Below are positions 38,727 to 49,101 of a stretch of 64,000 nt of DNA, piece after piece (the stretch's first letter is position 1; the number at the start of each line of letters is the position of its first letter). This stretch comes from a bacterium. Lineage in GTDB: Bacteria; SAR324; NAC60-12. The translations under genes were made by a program, and so were the position numbers. The notes beneath the pieces are model-generated. The model made no database searches. It had not been told where the DNA came from and saw only the letters and a program-made list of their open reading frames with translations. The DNA is taken from assembly GCA_965205865.1 (NCBI GenBank), contig CBDBHR010000030.1, forward strand, positions 416,001-480,000, written 5' to 3'.

Positions 38727-39173
38727 TTATTCATATAATCCTCTTTGCTTCAATTCCGTCATAAACTGATATGCAGTGACGATGGAGATGCCATATTGTT
38801 CTTTAAGGTCTGACTTATGATGCTCGTCAAGATCGAGCAAATCGTTGTCCTGTGTCACAATGTATTCCGCACGGCCGCTAATCGCAGTGGCGACAATTTT
38901 ATTGTCATCAAAATCACGAACCATATCGACATCAACGATGATTGGTGTATTGACCAATATTGGCAGATCAGCGAGCAAGCATTCAGAACGAGAAATTTTG
39001 ATAAATTTTTGTAGCCGTGGCTTCTTCAGCGTTTTCTCAAATTCTTCGACGATCTCTGCCGACAAAATCAGATCAACCGCACCTGAAAAAACCATCTCCA
39101 TTATATCTTTTGGTGTCCGGCTTGAAGACAGAACATAAGAAACGAGAATATTTGTATCGAGTACAATTTTCAT
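38727..39173 (-). CDS. PIN-domain toxin
   Basis: VLDTNILVS, RDFDDNK and IVTQDNDLL motifs. Confidence 0.88.
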   Translation of the reverse strand: MKIVLDTNILVSYVLSSSRTPKDIMEMVFSGAVDLILSAEIVEEFEKTLKKPRLQKFIKISRSECLLADLPILVNTPIIVDVDMVRDFDDNKIVATAISGRAEYIVTQDNDLLDLDEHHKSDLKEQYGISIVTAYQFMTELKQRGLYE

Positions 39174-39442
39174 CCGTCTTGCCGGATTTCTTTAATTGCT
39201 TGCAAAATCTCGTCTTCGATAACTTCTTCCGGGACGCCATGGTTGAGGACCGCATTTTCTTCTGCAGCTTGCTTAAAACGCTGCATCGCTTGTCGCCGTG
39301 CTTCTAAGAATTGTATGGGAACCAGTACTGCCATTGGCTTCCCGCGCCGTTCGATTGTAACAGTATCCCCTTGATAGCAGACCTCACTCAGCAACTCACC
39401 AAAGCGGTCACGGGCCTTCATCGAACTAATTGTTTTATTCAT
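39170..39442 (-). CDS. Phd/YefM antitoxin
   Basis: ARDRFGELL...IERRGKPMAVLVP; 4-nt overlap with the PIN gene. Confidence 0.88.
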   Translation of the reverse strand: MNKTISSMKARDRFGELLSEVCYQGDTVTIERRGKPMAVLVPIQFLEARRQAMQRFKQAAEENAVLNHGVPEEVIEDEILQAIKEIRQDG

Positions 39443-39674
39443 TTTTATACCATAGGTTTAAATTATCTAAATCGCGTGATTCGCGTGTTAAGTGTAATTC
39501 GTGTGGTTGGTGGTGTCAAGAAGCATTTCAGAATTACCTTTAATTCTTCATATTCAGAAGTTACCTCTGGCTATAAAGGTCAGGTTTTAACGGGGAGATG
39601 AGGCGGCGTGCAACGAGCAAGCATCCATGACGAAGGTGCGGTCTAGGACGAAGTCATGCGGGTCCCGCTCCGCT

Positions 39675-39880
39675 GCATCTGGCCATCCAAACCGGCAGTC
39701 AGCCACTTTCGCCGATTATGTAAAATGTATCATTTCGTTACACCCGTTGGGTCAACAAACGGCAAAAACGAGTCGGACACTTATTCCAAGGGCGTTACAA
39801 AGCTCTGTTAGTGGATCAAGACAGCCAGTTGTTTGCCTTAATACGTTACATCCACCTCAATCCGGCCCGAGCGGGAATCG
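39675..39880 (+). pseudogene. Internal fragment of the same RAYT gene
   Basis: Close match to the reverse complement of about 7130-7336; CAA>TAA stop. Confidence 0.9.
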
Positions 39881-39886
39881 GAAAGT

Positions 39887-40465
39887 CGCCAGGATACGGT
39901 CGCGGACTACGCGGGGCGCATCCTCGCTATCCTCGGCCTGGCCACCCCCAACTTCTGGCTGGGCATTATGGTAATGATCTACCCGGCCATCTGGTGGGGC
40001 TGGTCGCCCCCGATGGAGCTGGTGCCTTTTGCCGAAGACCCGTGGGGCCACCTGGGGATCCTGGTCATTCCCAGCCTGATTCTGGGAACGGCCCTTTCGG
40101 CCGGCACCATGCGCATGACGCGCACCATGATGTTGGAGGTACTGCGGCAGGACTATATCCGCACTGCCTGGGCCAAGGGGCTCAAGGAACAAACGGTCGT
40201 GCTGAGACACGCCATCAAAAATGCCCTCATCCCGGTCGTCACCCTGGTCGGCTTGCAGTTGCCGCTCGTGGTCGGGGGCGCCGTCATCATGGAGAACCTC
40301 TTTAACCTGCCAGGCTTGGGCCGTCTCCTGGTGGATGCCCTCTCGGACCGGGATTACCCGGTGGTCTCCGGGGTCAACCTGTTTTTCTCCTGCATCGTTT
40401 TGTTGAACAACCTCTTCATCGACCTCATTTATGCCTATTTGGACCCCAGGATCCGGTATCAATAA
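39887..40465 (+). pseudogene. 5'-truncated DppB/OppB-type ABC permease
   Basis: TPNFWLG, QDYIRTAWAKGL, HAIKNALIP and LDPRIRY motifs; fused to the RAYT fragment. Confidence 0.85.
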
Positions 40466-40797
40466 GGGGATTAGACTGAAGGGGGAAGGCTGTTAGGGCA
40501 TCAGTCTAAACTTCAGTCCTCCTCTCCTGCATTCCTGATCGCCTCTTGCATGGATGCATTAAGAAAAACTTCATGCTCCGCACCATGTACTCCCTGTTCA
40601 AGAAATTGATCGATGATACCCTATGGAAATCGTCTGATTTGACATCGCCTCGTATTTTGCGTAAAGGAAACACGTTGCCATGAATGCATGGGACGTATGA
40701 AGATAATTTGACATTGTTTATGTTACACCGTAAATTTACTAAAAGATTAAAAAATGTAATGAAGTTACAAATTATAAAACCTATCTGCATATAATCG

Positions 40798-41448
40798 ATG
40801 CAACCTTTGACAGAAAAAATGCTAAGACTGGCTCCCCCAGGAGGATTTTTCGACATGGCAGTCATCAGTAATTTATTTCCCGAATTGTCGCCCACTGCAA
40901 GAAAGGCGATTGTTCATCGAGCTTTTAAAAAAAATGAGATCCTCAGGTTGAAGCCAGGCTTGTACTGTTTGGCAGAGGTTTTCAGGAAATCAGAAATCCA
41001 CCCTTTTTCCATGGCGGGGATTTTGGTTTCACCTTCCCACATCAGTCTTGAATCCGCACTATCATATCACGGTTTGATCCCTGAAGCCGTCTATCAGGTA
41101 ACCGCCGTTTGCAACGGCAGAAGCCGGCAGTTCACAACGCCATTCGGCGTCTTTGTTTATAAAACGGTACCTGCCACCTTCCCCAAAGCAGGTGTAAGGG
41201 ACGTAGAAGTATCCCCAAACTCCTGGGCTTTTATCGCACAACCGGCCAGGGCCATTGCCGATCTTATCTATCTGAGACGGGAAGTGCATTGGAATCAGAC
41301 TGACATCCGTTTTTTGACCGATTCGATGCGTATTGAAGAGGAAGATTTATTTCAATTGCCGGTATCGGAAATCGATGAAGTGATTCAAAGCTTACGCAAC
41401 AAACGGACATTAAATTTCATGGAATGCTTAAAAAAAGAGATTCAATGA
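40798..41448 (+). CDS. AbiEi-like antitoxin (type IV TA)
   Basis: RLKPGLY, SHISLESALSYHGLIPE and PARAIAD motifs. Confidence 0.85.
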   Translation: MQPLTEKMLRLAPPGGFFDMAVISNLFPELSPTARKAIVHRAFKKNEILRLKPGLYCLAEVFRKSEIHPFSMAGILVSPSHISLESALSYHGLIPEAVYQVTAVCNGRSRQFTTPFGVFVYKTVPATFPKAGVRDVEVSPNSWAFIAQPARAIADLIYLRREVHWNQTDIRFLTDSMRIEEEDLFQLPVSEIDEVIQSLRNKRTLNFMECLKKEIQ

Positions 41449-42323
41449 TGATCGAAACTCTTTGGTCACAGAAAATTAAAGACTATGCCCCGACAAACAC
41501 GATTGAACAGGAGAACGTGCTTCAGGAATTGACTCAGCATTATGTACTCGCCAGTCTTGCCAGAGCTCAGTTTTTTCAACTGGCACAATTCCATGGGGGG
41601 ACTTGTCTGAGAATTCTACATGGTTTGAGTCGTTTTTCTGAAGATCTTGATTTTGTGTTGAAGAAAGCGGACCCCCATTTTGCCTGGAAGAAGTATCTGG
41701 ATCGAATCGGTAGAGACTGTGCTGAAGATGGAATTCAGTTCGAATTCGTTGACAAATCAGAATCCGATTCAACCGTCAAGAAGGCGTTTTTAAAAACAGA
41801 TTCTATTGGCAAGGTGCTGATCCTCAATCTACCGCATCTTCGACATCACCACAGAAAAATCAAAATCAAGCTCGAAATAGATACCAATCCACCGCTCGGC
41901 TCGACCTACGAAACCGCATATATTTATTTCCCTGTTATGTCGGCCATCACTGCCCAGACCCTTGAATCCGCATTTGCCAGCAAATCTCACGCACTTCTTT
42001 GTAGACCCTATATCAAAGGAAGAGACTGGTTTGATTTTCTATGGTACTCCGTAAAAGATATCCGGCCGAACCTGGTCTTGCTGAGTAATGCCATAGCCCA
42101 GCAGGGAGCATGGGCTGGAAAAACAACTGATGTGACCGCAGACTGGTATCCGGAGAATCTGAGTGACACCATCCGGAAAACTGATTGGAAAATGGCCCAA
42201 GAGGACGTTAAACGCTTCCTGCCGCTAAGGGAACAGGAAAGCCTCAATCTGTGGAACATGGACTTTTTCCTTCATCACCTGGAGAAGTTGTGTCAAAACA
42301 TCAAATCCCTGCCAGCTACCTGA
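41445..42323 (+). CDS. AbiEii nucleotidyltransferase toxin
   Basis: FHGGTCLR, RFSEDLDF, KLEID and KGRDWFD motifs. Confidence 0.9.
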   Translation: MMIETLWSQKIKDYAPTNTIEQENVLQELTQHYVLASLARAQFFQLAQFHGGTCLRILHGLSRFSEDLDFVLKKADPHFAWKKYLDRIGRDCAEDGIQFEFVDKSESDSTVKKAFLKTDSIGKVLILNLPHLRHHHRKIKIKLEIDTNPPLGSTYETAYIYFPVMSAITAQTLESAFASKSHALLCRPYIKGRDWFDFLWYSVKDIRPNLVLLSNAIAQQGAWAGKTTDVTADWYPENLSDTIRKTDWKMAQEDVKRFLPLREQESLNLWNMDFFLHHLEKLCQNIKSLPAT

Positions 42324-42782
42324 ATTTCACTTGGAAGCACACGGATTCTGCTCGAGATTGATTCAGTATCTGTCGCGCCTCAAAATACTTGGGCTTGCCT
42401 TTCCAGTTTAAGTTTTCGCAGGCGACTGACTCCAGGGGATGGATTTTGTTGTTGTTCTTGCCAAGATTCTTCAGCATATTTTCTCCATCGTTCCATATAC
42501 TGATCCACATCGTTTCAAAAAGTGGCTTGAGTCCCGGATCCAATAGAAATTCTTAAAAAATCAGTATTCATGCAATAACTTCTTATAAAAGGGCATAATA
42601 GTGCTGATATTTGCCAAAATGGGTGGCGTATTCAATTCAGAGATCAATTATTTTAATTTCTTTGAAGAATGGAAGGGCCAGGTGAATATTGGACCGAATT
42701 CCTCACCTGTTTACGCGGAAAAGGGTACCGGTACGGCCTCTACCCGCATATGCCATCCCCTTCTGCAGAGAGCTCGCAGCCA

Positions 42783-42914
42783 GGCGTCAGCCTATGGAGC
42801 AGCGCTGGAGAATTACTGACGCGCTGGGGAGGAGAGGACACTTTAGCCCCTGGGAACTTCCGCATCCCCCATGCAATATGCGTGGACTCGCGAGGTGACA
42901 TCTATGTAAGCGAC
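42783..42914 (+). pseudogene. NHL-repeat protein fragment
   Basis: PGNFRIPHAICVDSRGDIYVSD. Confidence 0.6.
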
Positions 42915-42960
42915 CTCCCAATTGGAGCGAATAAGGAGAACGTCTCAAACGAACAATATG

Positions 42961-43173
42961 AAAAAATTTGACAACCTGAATCAAACCTGATTGCGCGGTC
43001 AGGTCTCTGCCTCCCTGGCTGATATGGATATTTTTTACTGACGTTCTTGCCGATCTTGTGCTACCTTTGTTCTTCATGGAAATGGTGATCTCTCAAAATG
43101 TTGATTCATGTGTCAACTATTTGAGTATATTACCTTTTCCATGTTTGATTGTCGTCTAATTGCAGGATTTGGG
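42961..43173 (-). mobile_element. IS1380-like left end with transposase start
   Basis: LTAQSGLIQVVKFF; CCCAAATCCTGCA terminus. Confidence 0.5.
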
Positions 43174-43215
43174 TAGTATTAATCGTTTTCAGTTCAACAT
43201 AATTGAGGAGAAGAC

Positions 43216-43935
43216 ATGATTGTCATCCCTGCCATTGATTTAATAGATGGTAAATGTGTGAGACTACTGCAGGGAAAAGCGACAATGGGAACTGTTTATT
43301 CAGACAATCCCGCGGAGATGGCGATGGTGTTCGAAGAAGCTGGCGCGCAATGTTTGCATTTGGTGGATTTGGATGGCGCCTTTTCAGGAAAATCCGCCAA
43401 TATGCGGAGCATCCAAGCAATCATTCAGGCTGTTGGGATTCCCGTGGAGTTGGGAGGAGGCATGCGCAATCGCGAGGATATTGAAAGAATGCTGGATCTG
43501 GGAGTTTCCTCTGTGATTGTGGGTACCATGGCAGTAAAGAGTCCTGAAATTCTAAAATCCGTGCTGAAAGAATATTCCGGAGAAAAGATTATTTTGGGAA
43601 TTGATTCGAGAAATGGCAAAGTTGCTATTTCAGGATGGGAAAAGCAAACAAAAATCAATGATATTGAATTTGGAATTCATTGGAAACAATACGGCATTGA
43701 ACGTATTATTTATACCGATATCACCCGCGATGGTATGCTAACAGGCCCCAATCTGCCAGCATTACGGCAATTTGCAAAGGAAACTCACTTGAAAATTACG
43801 GCTTCCGGTGGGATTTCGTCGAAAACTGATATCGAACGCATAAAATCTCTGGAATCTGAGGGAGTCGACCATGTCATTGTCGGTAAGGCAATTTATGAGG
43901 GAAGAATTCGATTAAACGAGATTTTGCCATGCTAG
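43216..43935 (+). CDS. hisA: ProFAR isomerase
   Basis: [13 protein letters not shown] and TDITRDGML motifs. Confidence 0.96.
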   Translation: MIVIPAIDLIDGKCVRLLQGKATMGTVYSDNPAEMAMVFEEAGAQCLHLVDLDGAFSGKSANMRSIQAIIQAVGIPVELGGGMRNREDIERMLDLGVSSVIVGTMAVKSPEILKSVLKEYSGEKIILGIDSRNGKVAISGWEKQTKINDIEFGIHWKQYGIERIIYTDITRDGMLTGPNLPALRQFAKETHLKITASGGISSKTDIERIKSLESEGVDHVIVGKAIYEGRIRLNEILPC

Positions 43936-44693
43936 CAAAGCGCATTATACCTTGTTTGGATATCAAGAATGGACGGGTTGTCAAAGGGACCAGTTTTGCG
44001 CAATTGAGAGACGCAGGTGACCCTTTGGAGCTTGCCCAATTGTACAACGACCAATCTGCAGACGAATTGGTATTTTTAGACATTACGGCTTCCCAAGAAA
44101 AAAGGAAAACTACCCTGGAACTGGCGAGCCATCTGGCAAGAGCGCTTTTCATTCCTTTCACAATCGGCGGGGGAATCTCCACAGTAGCAGAGATTCGAGA
44201 ATTGGTCACTGCAGGCGCGGATAAGGTATCGATCAATTCATCAGCTCTGCTGAATCCCAGCTTGATTACAGAAGGGGCAAATCGTTTTGGCTCTCAATGT
44301 ATCGTAGTGGCTATTGATGTCAAAAAGAAAAAAAATCATTGGGAAGTATTTAGTCATGGAGGCACTCGCGGTACAGGTTTTGATGCCTATCAATGGGCCT
44401 TAGAGGCAGAAAGACGGGGAGCAGGAGAAATTCTTCTCACAAGTATGGATGCGGATGGTCAGAAAAAAGGTTATGATCTGGCGATTACCTCCAAAATCAG
44501 TCGAGCCCTCAATATTCCAGTTATTGCTTCCGGAGGGGGAGGACAATTGCATCACTTCAAAGAGGCCCTCGAAGCGGGGGCTGCCGATGCCGTGCTGGCG
44601 GCCTCGATTTTTCATTATGGGCAATATTCTGTCTCTGAAGTCAAGCAATACTTGCATGCCCAACATATTCCTGTACGGTTGACTTCTGCCTGA
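43929..44693 (+). CDS. hisF: Imidazole glycerol phosphate synthase cyclase subunit
   Basis: [18 protein letters not shown] and LAASIFH motifs. Confidence 0.97.
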   Translation: MLAKRIIPCLDIKNGRVVKGTSFAQLRDAGDPLELAQLYNDQSADELVFLDITASQEKRKTTLELASHLARALFIPFTIGGGISTVAEIRELVTAGADKVSINSSALLNPSLITEGANRFGSQCIVVAIDVKKKKNHWEVFSHGGTRGTGFDAYQWALEAERRGAGEILLTSMDADGQKKGYDLAITSKISRALNIPVIASGGGGQLHHFKEALEAGAADAVLAASIFHYGQYSVSEVKQYLHAQHIPVRLTSA

Positions 44694-44757
44694 GCATCGA
44701 TTTTAGGGAACGGGTTTCACACTTTAATTTGTAGTTCCGACTTGCAGAAAAATCTGG

Positions 44758-45087
44758 TTAATTATTGAAACCAGGAATTTTAAGCCCTCCCATTCCTCCT
44801 AATTGTTTCCCTAATTCGTCTTGTACGATTTTCTGGCTCTGACGAATCCCTTCATTGACAGCAGACAAAACCAAATCTTCCAATGTTTCAATATCTTCCG
44901 GATCGATCACTTCCGGATCAATACAAATTGAAACCGCTTGTTGCTTACCATTGAACGTCATCTTCACCATTTCTCCTCCAACTGAGACATCGATCCTTTT
45001 TTTGGCAAGTTCTTCTTGATGCGCCTGCATATTTTGAGAAACTTCTTGAGCTTTTTTCAGGAGATCTTCCATCGAACCATCGAACAT
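44758..45087 (-). CDS. ybaB: YbaB/EbfC nucleoid-associated protein
   Basis: IDPEVIDPEDIETLEDLVLSAVNE; follows dnaX. Confidence 0.92.
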   Translation of the reverse strand: MFDGSMEDLLKKAQEVSQNMQAHQEELAKKRIDVSVGGEMVKMTFNGKQQAVSICIDPEVIDPEDIETLEDLVLSAVNEGIRQSQKIVQDELGKQLGGMGGLKIPGFNN

Positions 45088-45108
45088 TGGGTACCTTTGA
45101 CAATATGG

Positions 45109-46860
45109 TTAGAGTTTGGGTTCCTGGATTTGAATTTCTACAATTTTGCTGCCAGGAAACGTATTTAAGATCATTTGGGTCCGTTCATCATACTCCGCTG
45201 CATTTCGACGTCGCGCTCTTTCTTCTTCCAAAAGACGCTGTCGCTTCTCAGAGAGTGTGAGGGAATTCACAACCCGGTTATTTCCTTGAACTACTATTTG
45301 CATGACACGGCCATAGAAATTTTCGGCATATTTTCGCAATGCCACTTTTTTTTCTTCAGAAAGCATCTCTTTGAATTGCGATTCCTTGAATGCAATCAGA
45401 ATTTGCTGTTCGCTGCTCTCCAACAACACGGCGTTTTTCAAAACACTACTCAATCTGGGAGATTTTTGTTGGATGTATCCCACAAACGATTCCCAATCTT
45501 TCGACGGCATTTGCAAGGATGGAAGGGATGCGGCAGGAACGGTATGCCGATACGGCACTGTTTTTTCTCCGATTTTTTGCTGCAGAGTTTCAGCGGTTTC
45601 CTGTTTGGAAACAGATGAATTGGGAGGAGACGAGGGCTCCGGAGTGATTTTTTCCAGAGACAATTGCCTGTTACCGGGTATCTTTAGGTCTTCATTCCCG
45701 TCGTCCCCGCGCAGTCCCTTCACCTGTTGCAATAATTCTGGAATTCCCACCAATGCTTGGACGGCTGTCAGTTGGATCAAAGCCATCTCGAAACAAATTT
45801 GCGCATGACTGCTTTGTTTGATCTGCTCTTCCAGCTCCATTAAAATATGAAACATTTGCTGCAATTCATCTAATGAGACAACAGGAACCAAGGTTTTGTA
45901 ATTATTTATTTCGTCTTCGGGGATGTCTTGAAACAGGGTCGGAGGCAGTTGATTCGAGTGCTGAGTAAACATGTGGACCAAAGACAGGTTTTTCACTGAC
46001 TGCAATAAATTTGAAAGAATATCTTGATAGTCATGACCATGCTGTTGCATCTCGTGAAATTTTGCCATCACGGCGATTGGATCCTTTTCTAGTAATGCTT
46101 TCAAAATCTGAAATCGCATTTGAGTGTCAATCAGACCCAATATCTTGATAACTTCTTCATCAGAAGCCGCCTGTCCGGCATAACTTGTGATTTGATCAAT
46201 CATCGTCAAAGCATCTCGCATTCCTCCTACTGCTTGTCGAGCTACCATCTGCAATGCATTTCTTGATATTACAATTGCTTCCTCTGCAATAACCCTTTGC
46301 AAATAATCCACCATTTTATGCAGAGGAATGCGAACAAAATCATATCGCTGGCAACGGGAAATGATGGTTTGTGGTAGTTTGTGGGGATCGGTTGTGGCTA
46401 GAATGAACTTCACATGGGCCGGAGGCTCTTCCAATGTCTTTAAAAGCGCATTGAAAGACTCTAGCGTCAGCATATGCGCCTCATCAATAATGTAGACTTT
46501 ATATCGACAGTTGGCAGGAGCATACTTGATATTTTCCCTCAGTTCGCGGATGTTGTCGATCCCTCGATTAGAAGCGGCATCGATTTCGTAAATATCCGGA
46601 GAAGCATTACTAGTGATATCGAGGCAATTTTGGCATCTCTCACAAGGATTGGCATCTGTGGGATTCAGGCAGTTGATAGCTTTGGTAAGCACGCGAGCCG
46701 CTGTTGTCTTTCCCACTCCGCGGGAACCTGAAAATAAAAAAGCATGGCTGACTCGATTCGTTAAAATGGCATTCTTCAGAATCTGAGCTATGGTTTCTTG
46801 TCCGACCAAATCATCAAATCGGGTTGGCCTCAGCTTACGCGCCAATACAACGTAGGGCAT
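45109..46860 (-). CDS. dnaX: DNA polymerase III subunit gamma/tau
   Basis: GSRGVGKT, EIDAASN, IIDEAHML and SRC motifs. Confidence 0.97.
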   Translation of the reverse strand: MPYVVLARKLRPTRFDDLVGQETIAQILKNAILTNRVSHAFLFSGSRGVGKTTAARVLTKAINCLNPTDANPCERCQNCLDITSNASPDIYEIDAASNRGIDNIRELRENIKYAPANCRYKVYIIDEAHMLTLESFNALLKTLEEPPAHVKFILATTDPHKLPQTIISRCQRYDFVRIPLHKMVDYLQRVIAEEAIVISRNALQMVARQAVGGMRDALTMIDQITSYAGQAASDEEVIKILGLIDTQMRFQILKALLEKDPIAVMAKFHEMQQHGHDYQDILSNLLQSVKNLSLVHMFTQHSNQLPPTLFQDIPEDEINNYKTLVPVVSLDELQQMFHILMELEEQIKQSSHAQICFEMALIQLTAVQALVGIPELLQQVKGLRGDDGNEDLKIPGNRQLSLEKITPEPSSPPNSSVSKQETAETLQQKIGEKTVPYRHTVPAASLPSLQMPSKDWESFVGYIQQKSPRLSSVLKNAVLLESSEQQILIAFKESQFKEMLSEEKKVALRKYAENFYGRVMQIVVQGNNRVVNSLTLSEKRQRLLEEERARRRNAAEYDERTQMILNTFPGSKIVEIQIQEPKL

Positions 46861-46886
46861 TTCAATTCGCCGTCATGGAATCGGGA

Positions 46887-46978
46887 GGCTGAGTTTCGCG
46901 GCACATCTCCGGTATCTTAGTGCTGCTTCCGTTAGGACCTGACACGGTTCGAAACTTTCAATTGCGCGAAACCCGGCC
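46887..46978 (-). ncRNA. ffs: Small SRP (4.5S) RNA
   Basis: GTCAGGTCC-TAAC-GGAAGCAGC core within a long hairpin; tRNA-Ser-ffs-dnaX context. Confidence 0.9.
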
Positions 46979-47016
46979 ATTTTATAGAAAGTCGTTTATA
47001 AAAAATTTACGTTCTA

Positions 47017-47104
47017 TGGCGGAAAGGGAGGGATTCGAACCCTCGGTACGCAGACGTACACACGATTTCCAGTCGTGCACCTTCGGCCTCTCGGTCACCT
47101 TTCC
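47017..47104 (-). tRNA. tRNA-Ser(GGA)
   Basis: Cloverleaf with anticodon arm CACGA-CTGGAAA-TCGTG, long variable arm, GGTTCGAATCC and encoded CCA. Confidence 0.97.
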
Positions 47105-47363
47105 CGTATAAATTTCTACAACTTGGCATTTATCTGCTTATATATTATCCGATTTCATCTTTGTCAAGGATATCTTGCTTCCGGCAAAATTTTAAAATGA
47201 ATGCCAACTCTTGAATAATTATATTATGACGCATATCATTTCAAGCTATTTGAGCAGCCTTTTGAATATGAAGACTGTCGGAAAGAGCTTTCATTTTGAT
47301 GGGTTTGATGCTAGCTTATTGTCTTTAAAATCGGTTCATTTTCATATCATTTAAGATCAACCC

Positions 47364-48368
47364 ATGAATCAACATATCGCCATTGTAGGCGCCACCGGCG
47401 CAGTTGGCACAGAATTCATGAAGCTACTGGAAAACCGCGATTATCCTTTAAAAAGTCTCAAATTGCTCGCGTCTGCACGATCGGCGGGTAAAAAACTTCC
47501 CTTTCGAGGAGAATCCTTGCTTGTTGAAGAATTGACAGCTGAGTCATTCAAGGGTGTGGACTTGGCATTTTTTTCAGCAGGAGGAAAACGAAGTAAGGAA
47601 TTTGCTCCTCATGCGGTGGATTCCGGAACTCTGGTGATTGACAATAGCAGTGCGTTCCGGATGGAAAAAGGAGTTCCGCTTGTCGTGCCGGAAGTCAACC
47701 CGGAAGTCGCTAAACGTCACCAGGGGATCATTGCTAATCCCAATTGTTCTACCATTCAAATGGTAGTGGCGCTCCATCCACTTCATAAAGCGGCCACTAT
47801 CAACCGTGTTGTGGTTTCGAGTTACCAAGCTACCTCGGGGGCTGGTGCGGCGGGTATGCAGGAATTGCTTGATCAAATTAAAGCGTTTAATCAAGGTCAA
47901 CCGCTCTCTTCTCGGGTTTTTCAAGCCCCAATTGCTTTCAACGTCATTCCTCATATCGGAAACTTCATGGACAATGGCTACACCGAAGAAGAGATGAAAA
48001 TGGTGCGGGAAACTCGCAAGATCATGTCGGCTCCGGATATGAAGATCAGCGCTACTTGCGTGCGGGTTCCGGTTTTGCGTTCTCACTCGGAAGCCGTCAA
48101 TATTGAAACCGAAAGAAAGCTCACGGTAACAGATGCCAAGGCTATTTTTTCCAACACCCCCGGGATCATTGTCAAAGACACGCAGAAGCCTGGTGGTTAC
48201 CCTTTACCATGGGATGTGGCCGAAACATACGACACATACGTAGGACGGATTCGAGAAGACATTTCCGTGCCCAATGGTCTGGCCTTTTGGGTAGTTGCAG
48301 ATCAGCTATACAAAGGAGCAGCTTTGAATGCCTTGCAAATCAGCGAATGGCTCAACCTCCACAACTAG
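47364..48368 (+). CDS. asd: Aspartate-semialdehyde dehydrogenase
   Basis: GATGAVG, IDNSSAFRM, ANPNCST and KGAALNA motifs. Confidence 0.97.
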   Translation: MNQHIAIVGATGAVGTEFMKLLENRDYPLKSLKLLASARSAGKKLPFRGESLLVEELTAESFKGVDLAFFSAGGKRSKEFAPHAVDSGTLVIDNSSAFRMEKGVPLVVPEVNPEVAKRHQGIIANPNCSTIQMVVALHPLHKAATINRVVVSSYQATSGAGAAGMQELLDQIKAFNQGQPLSSRVFQAPIAFNVIPHIGNFMDNGYTEEEMKMVRETRKIMSAPDMKISATCVRVPVLRSHSEAVNIETERKLTVTDAKAIFSNTPGIIVKDTQKPGGYPLPWDVAETYDTYVGRIREDISVPNGLAFWVVADQLYKGAALNALQISEWLNLHN

Positions 48369-48413
48369 TGGTTTTTTCTCAATAATTTTTATGCGATCAA
48401 TGTCTTTGTTCCA

Positions 48414-48758
48414 ATGGACGTCAATTTAGCTCGCCAACTCACCCTGCAATTTCTAGTACATTCGTTTTTGTATTATGAATTGGGAGAGTCCCTTATTTCT
48501 GATCGGCAATACGATGAGATTTGCAGTGAGTTGAAAAAACTCTGCAACTCAACCTCTGAAATTTCAGTTCCCTATTGGGACATAGTGCAACAACTTGGAA
48601 AAGAAGCATCTGGTTTTTTCATCAAGAAATATCCTCCTTCCATCGTCAGTAATGCCATGCATCTTCTCTATCAGGAGAATTATGCGACGCGGTTCAAATT
48701 TGATGAGTTCATCACCCGGTTTGGCTATCGCTGTGAACCATCATTTGAATCACACTGA
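48414..48758 (+). CDS. Small protein resembling NAD-dependent ligase subdomain Ia
   Basis: HSFLYY...ISDRQYD motif. Confidence 0.6.
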   Translation: MDVNLARQLTLQFLVHSFLYYELGESLISDRQYDEICSELKKLCNSTSEISVPYWDIVQQLGKEASGFFIKKYPPSIVSNAMHLLYQENYATRFKFDEFITRFGYRCEPSFESH

Positions 48759-49101
48759 TAAACTCATGGGTTGCGTTTAACGTCGACCACACGGTAAAGC
48801 AAGTCAATGACCCCCCCGTGTCGTTTTTATAAATTTTTTTTGTATTGCCATTTGATTCATATTATTAATTATTGTGAAGTTTTCCAAGCATATCATCAAC
48901 TTAAATCTTGCGGGTTGCGCAAATAAGACGCACGTCCGCAAATTTCTTTCCTCTTGAATATAAACATCTCTTGCATGCAATCAAGATTGGATTTAACTTG
49001 AGATTTCAACTCGAATTCGGCCATATCCTTTTGAAGGATTGACACTCATAAAATGAAAAGATTGAGCGAGATGCTTTTCTCGTTCCATTGGAAGCAAAAG
49101 A

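Noticed and set aside
47017-47104. tRNA as an island attachment site
   Set aside because: No integrase or duplicated tRNA 3' end seen in the window
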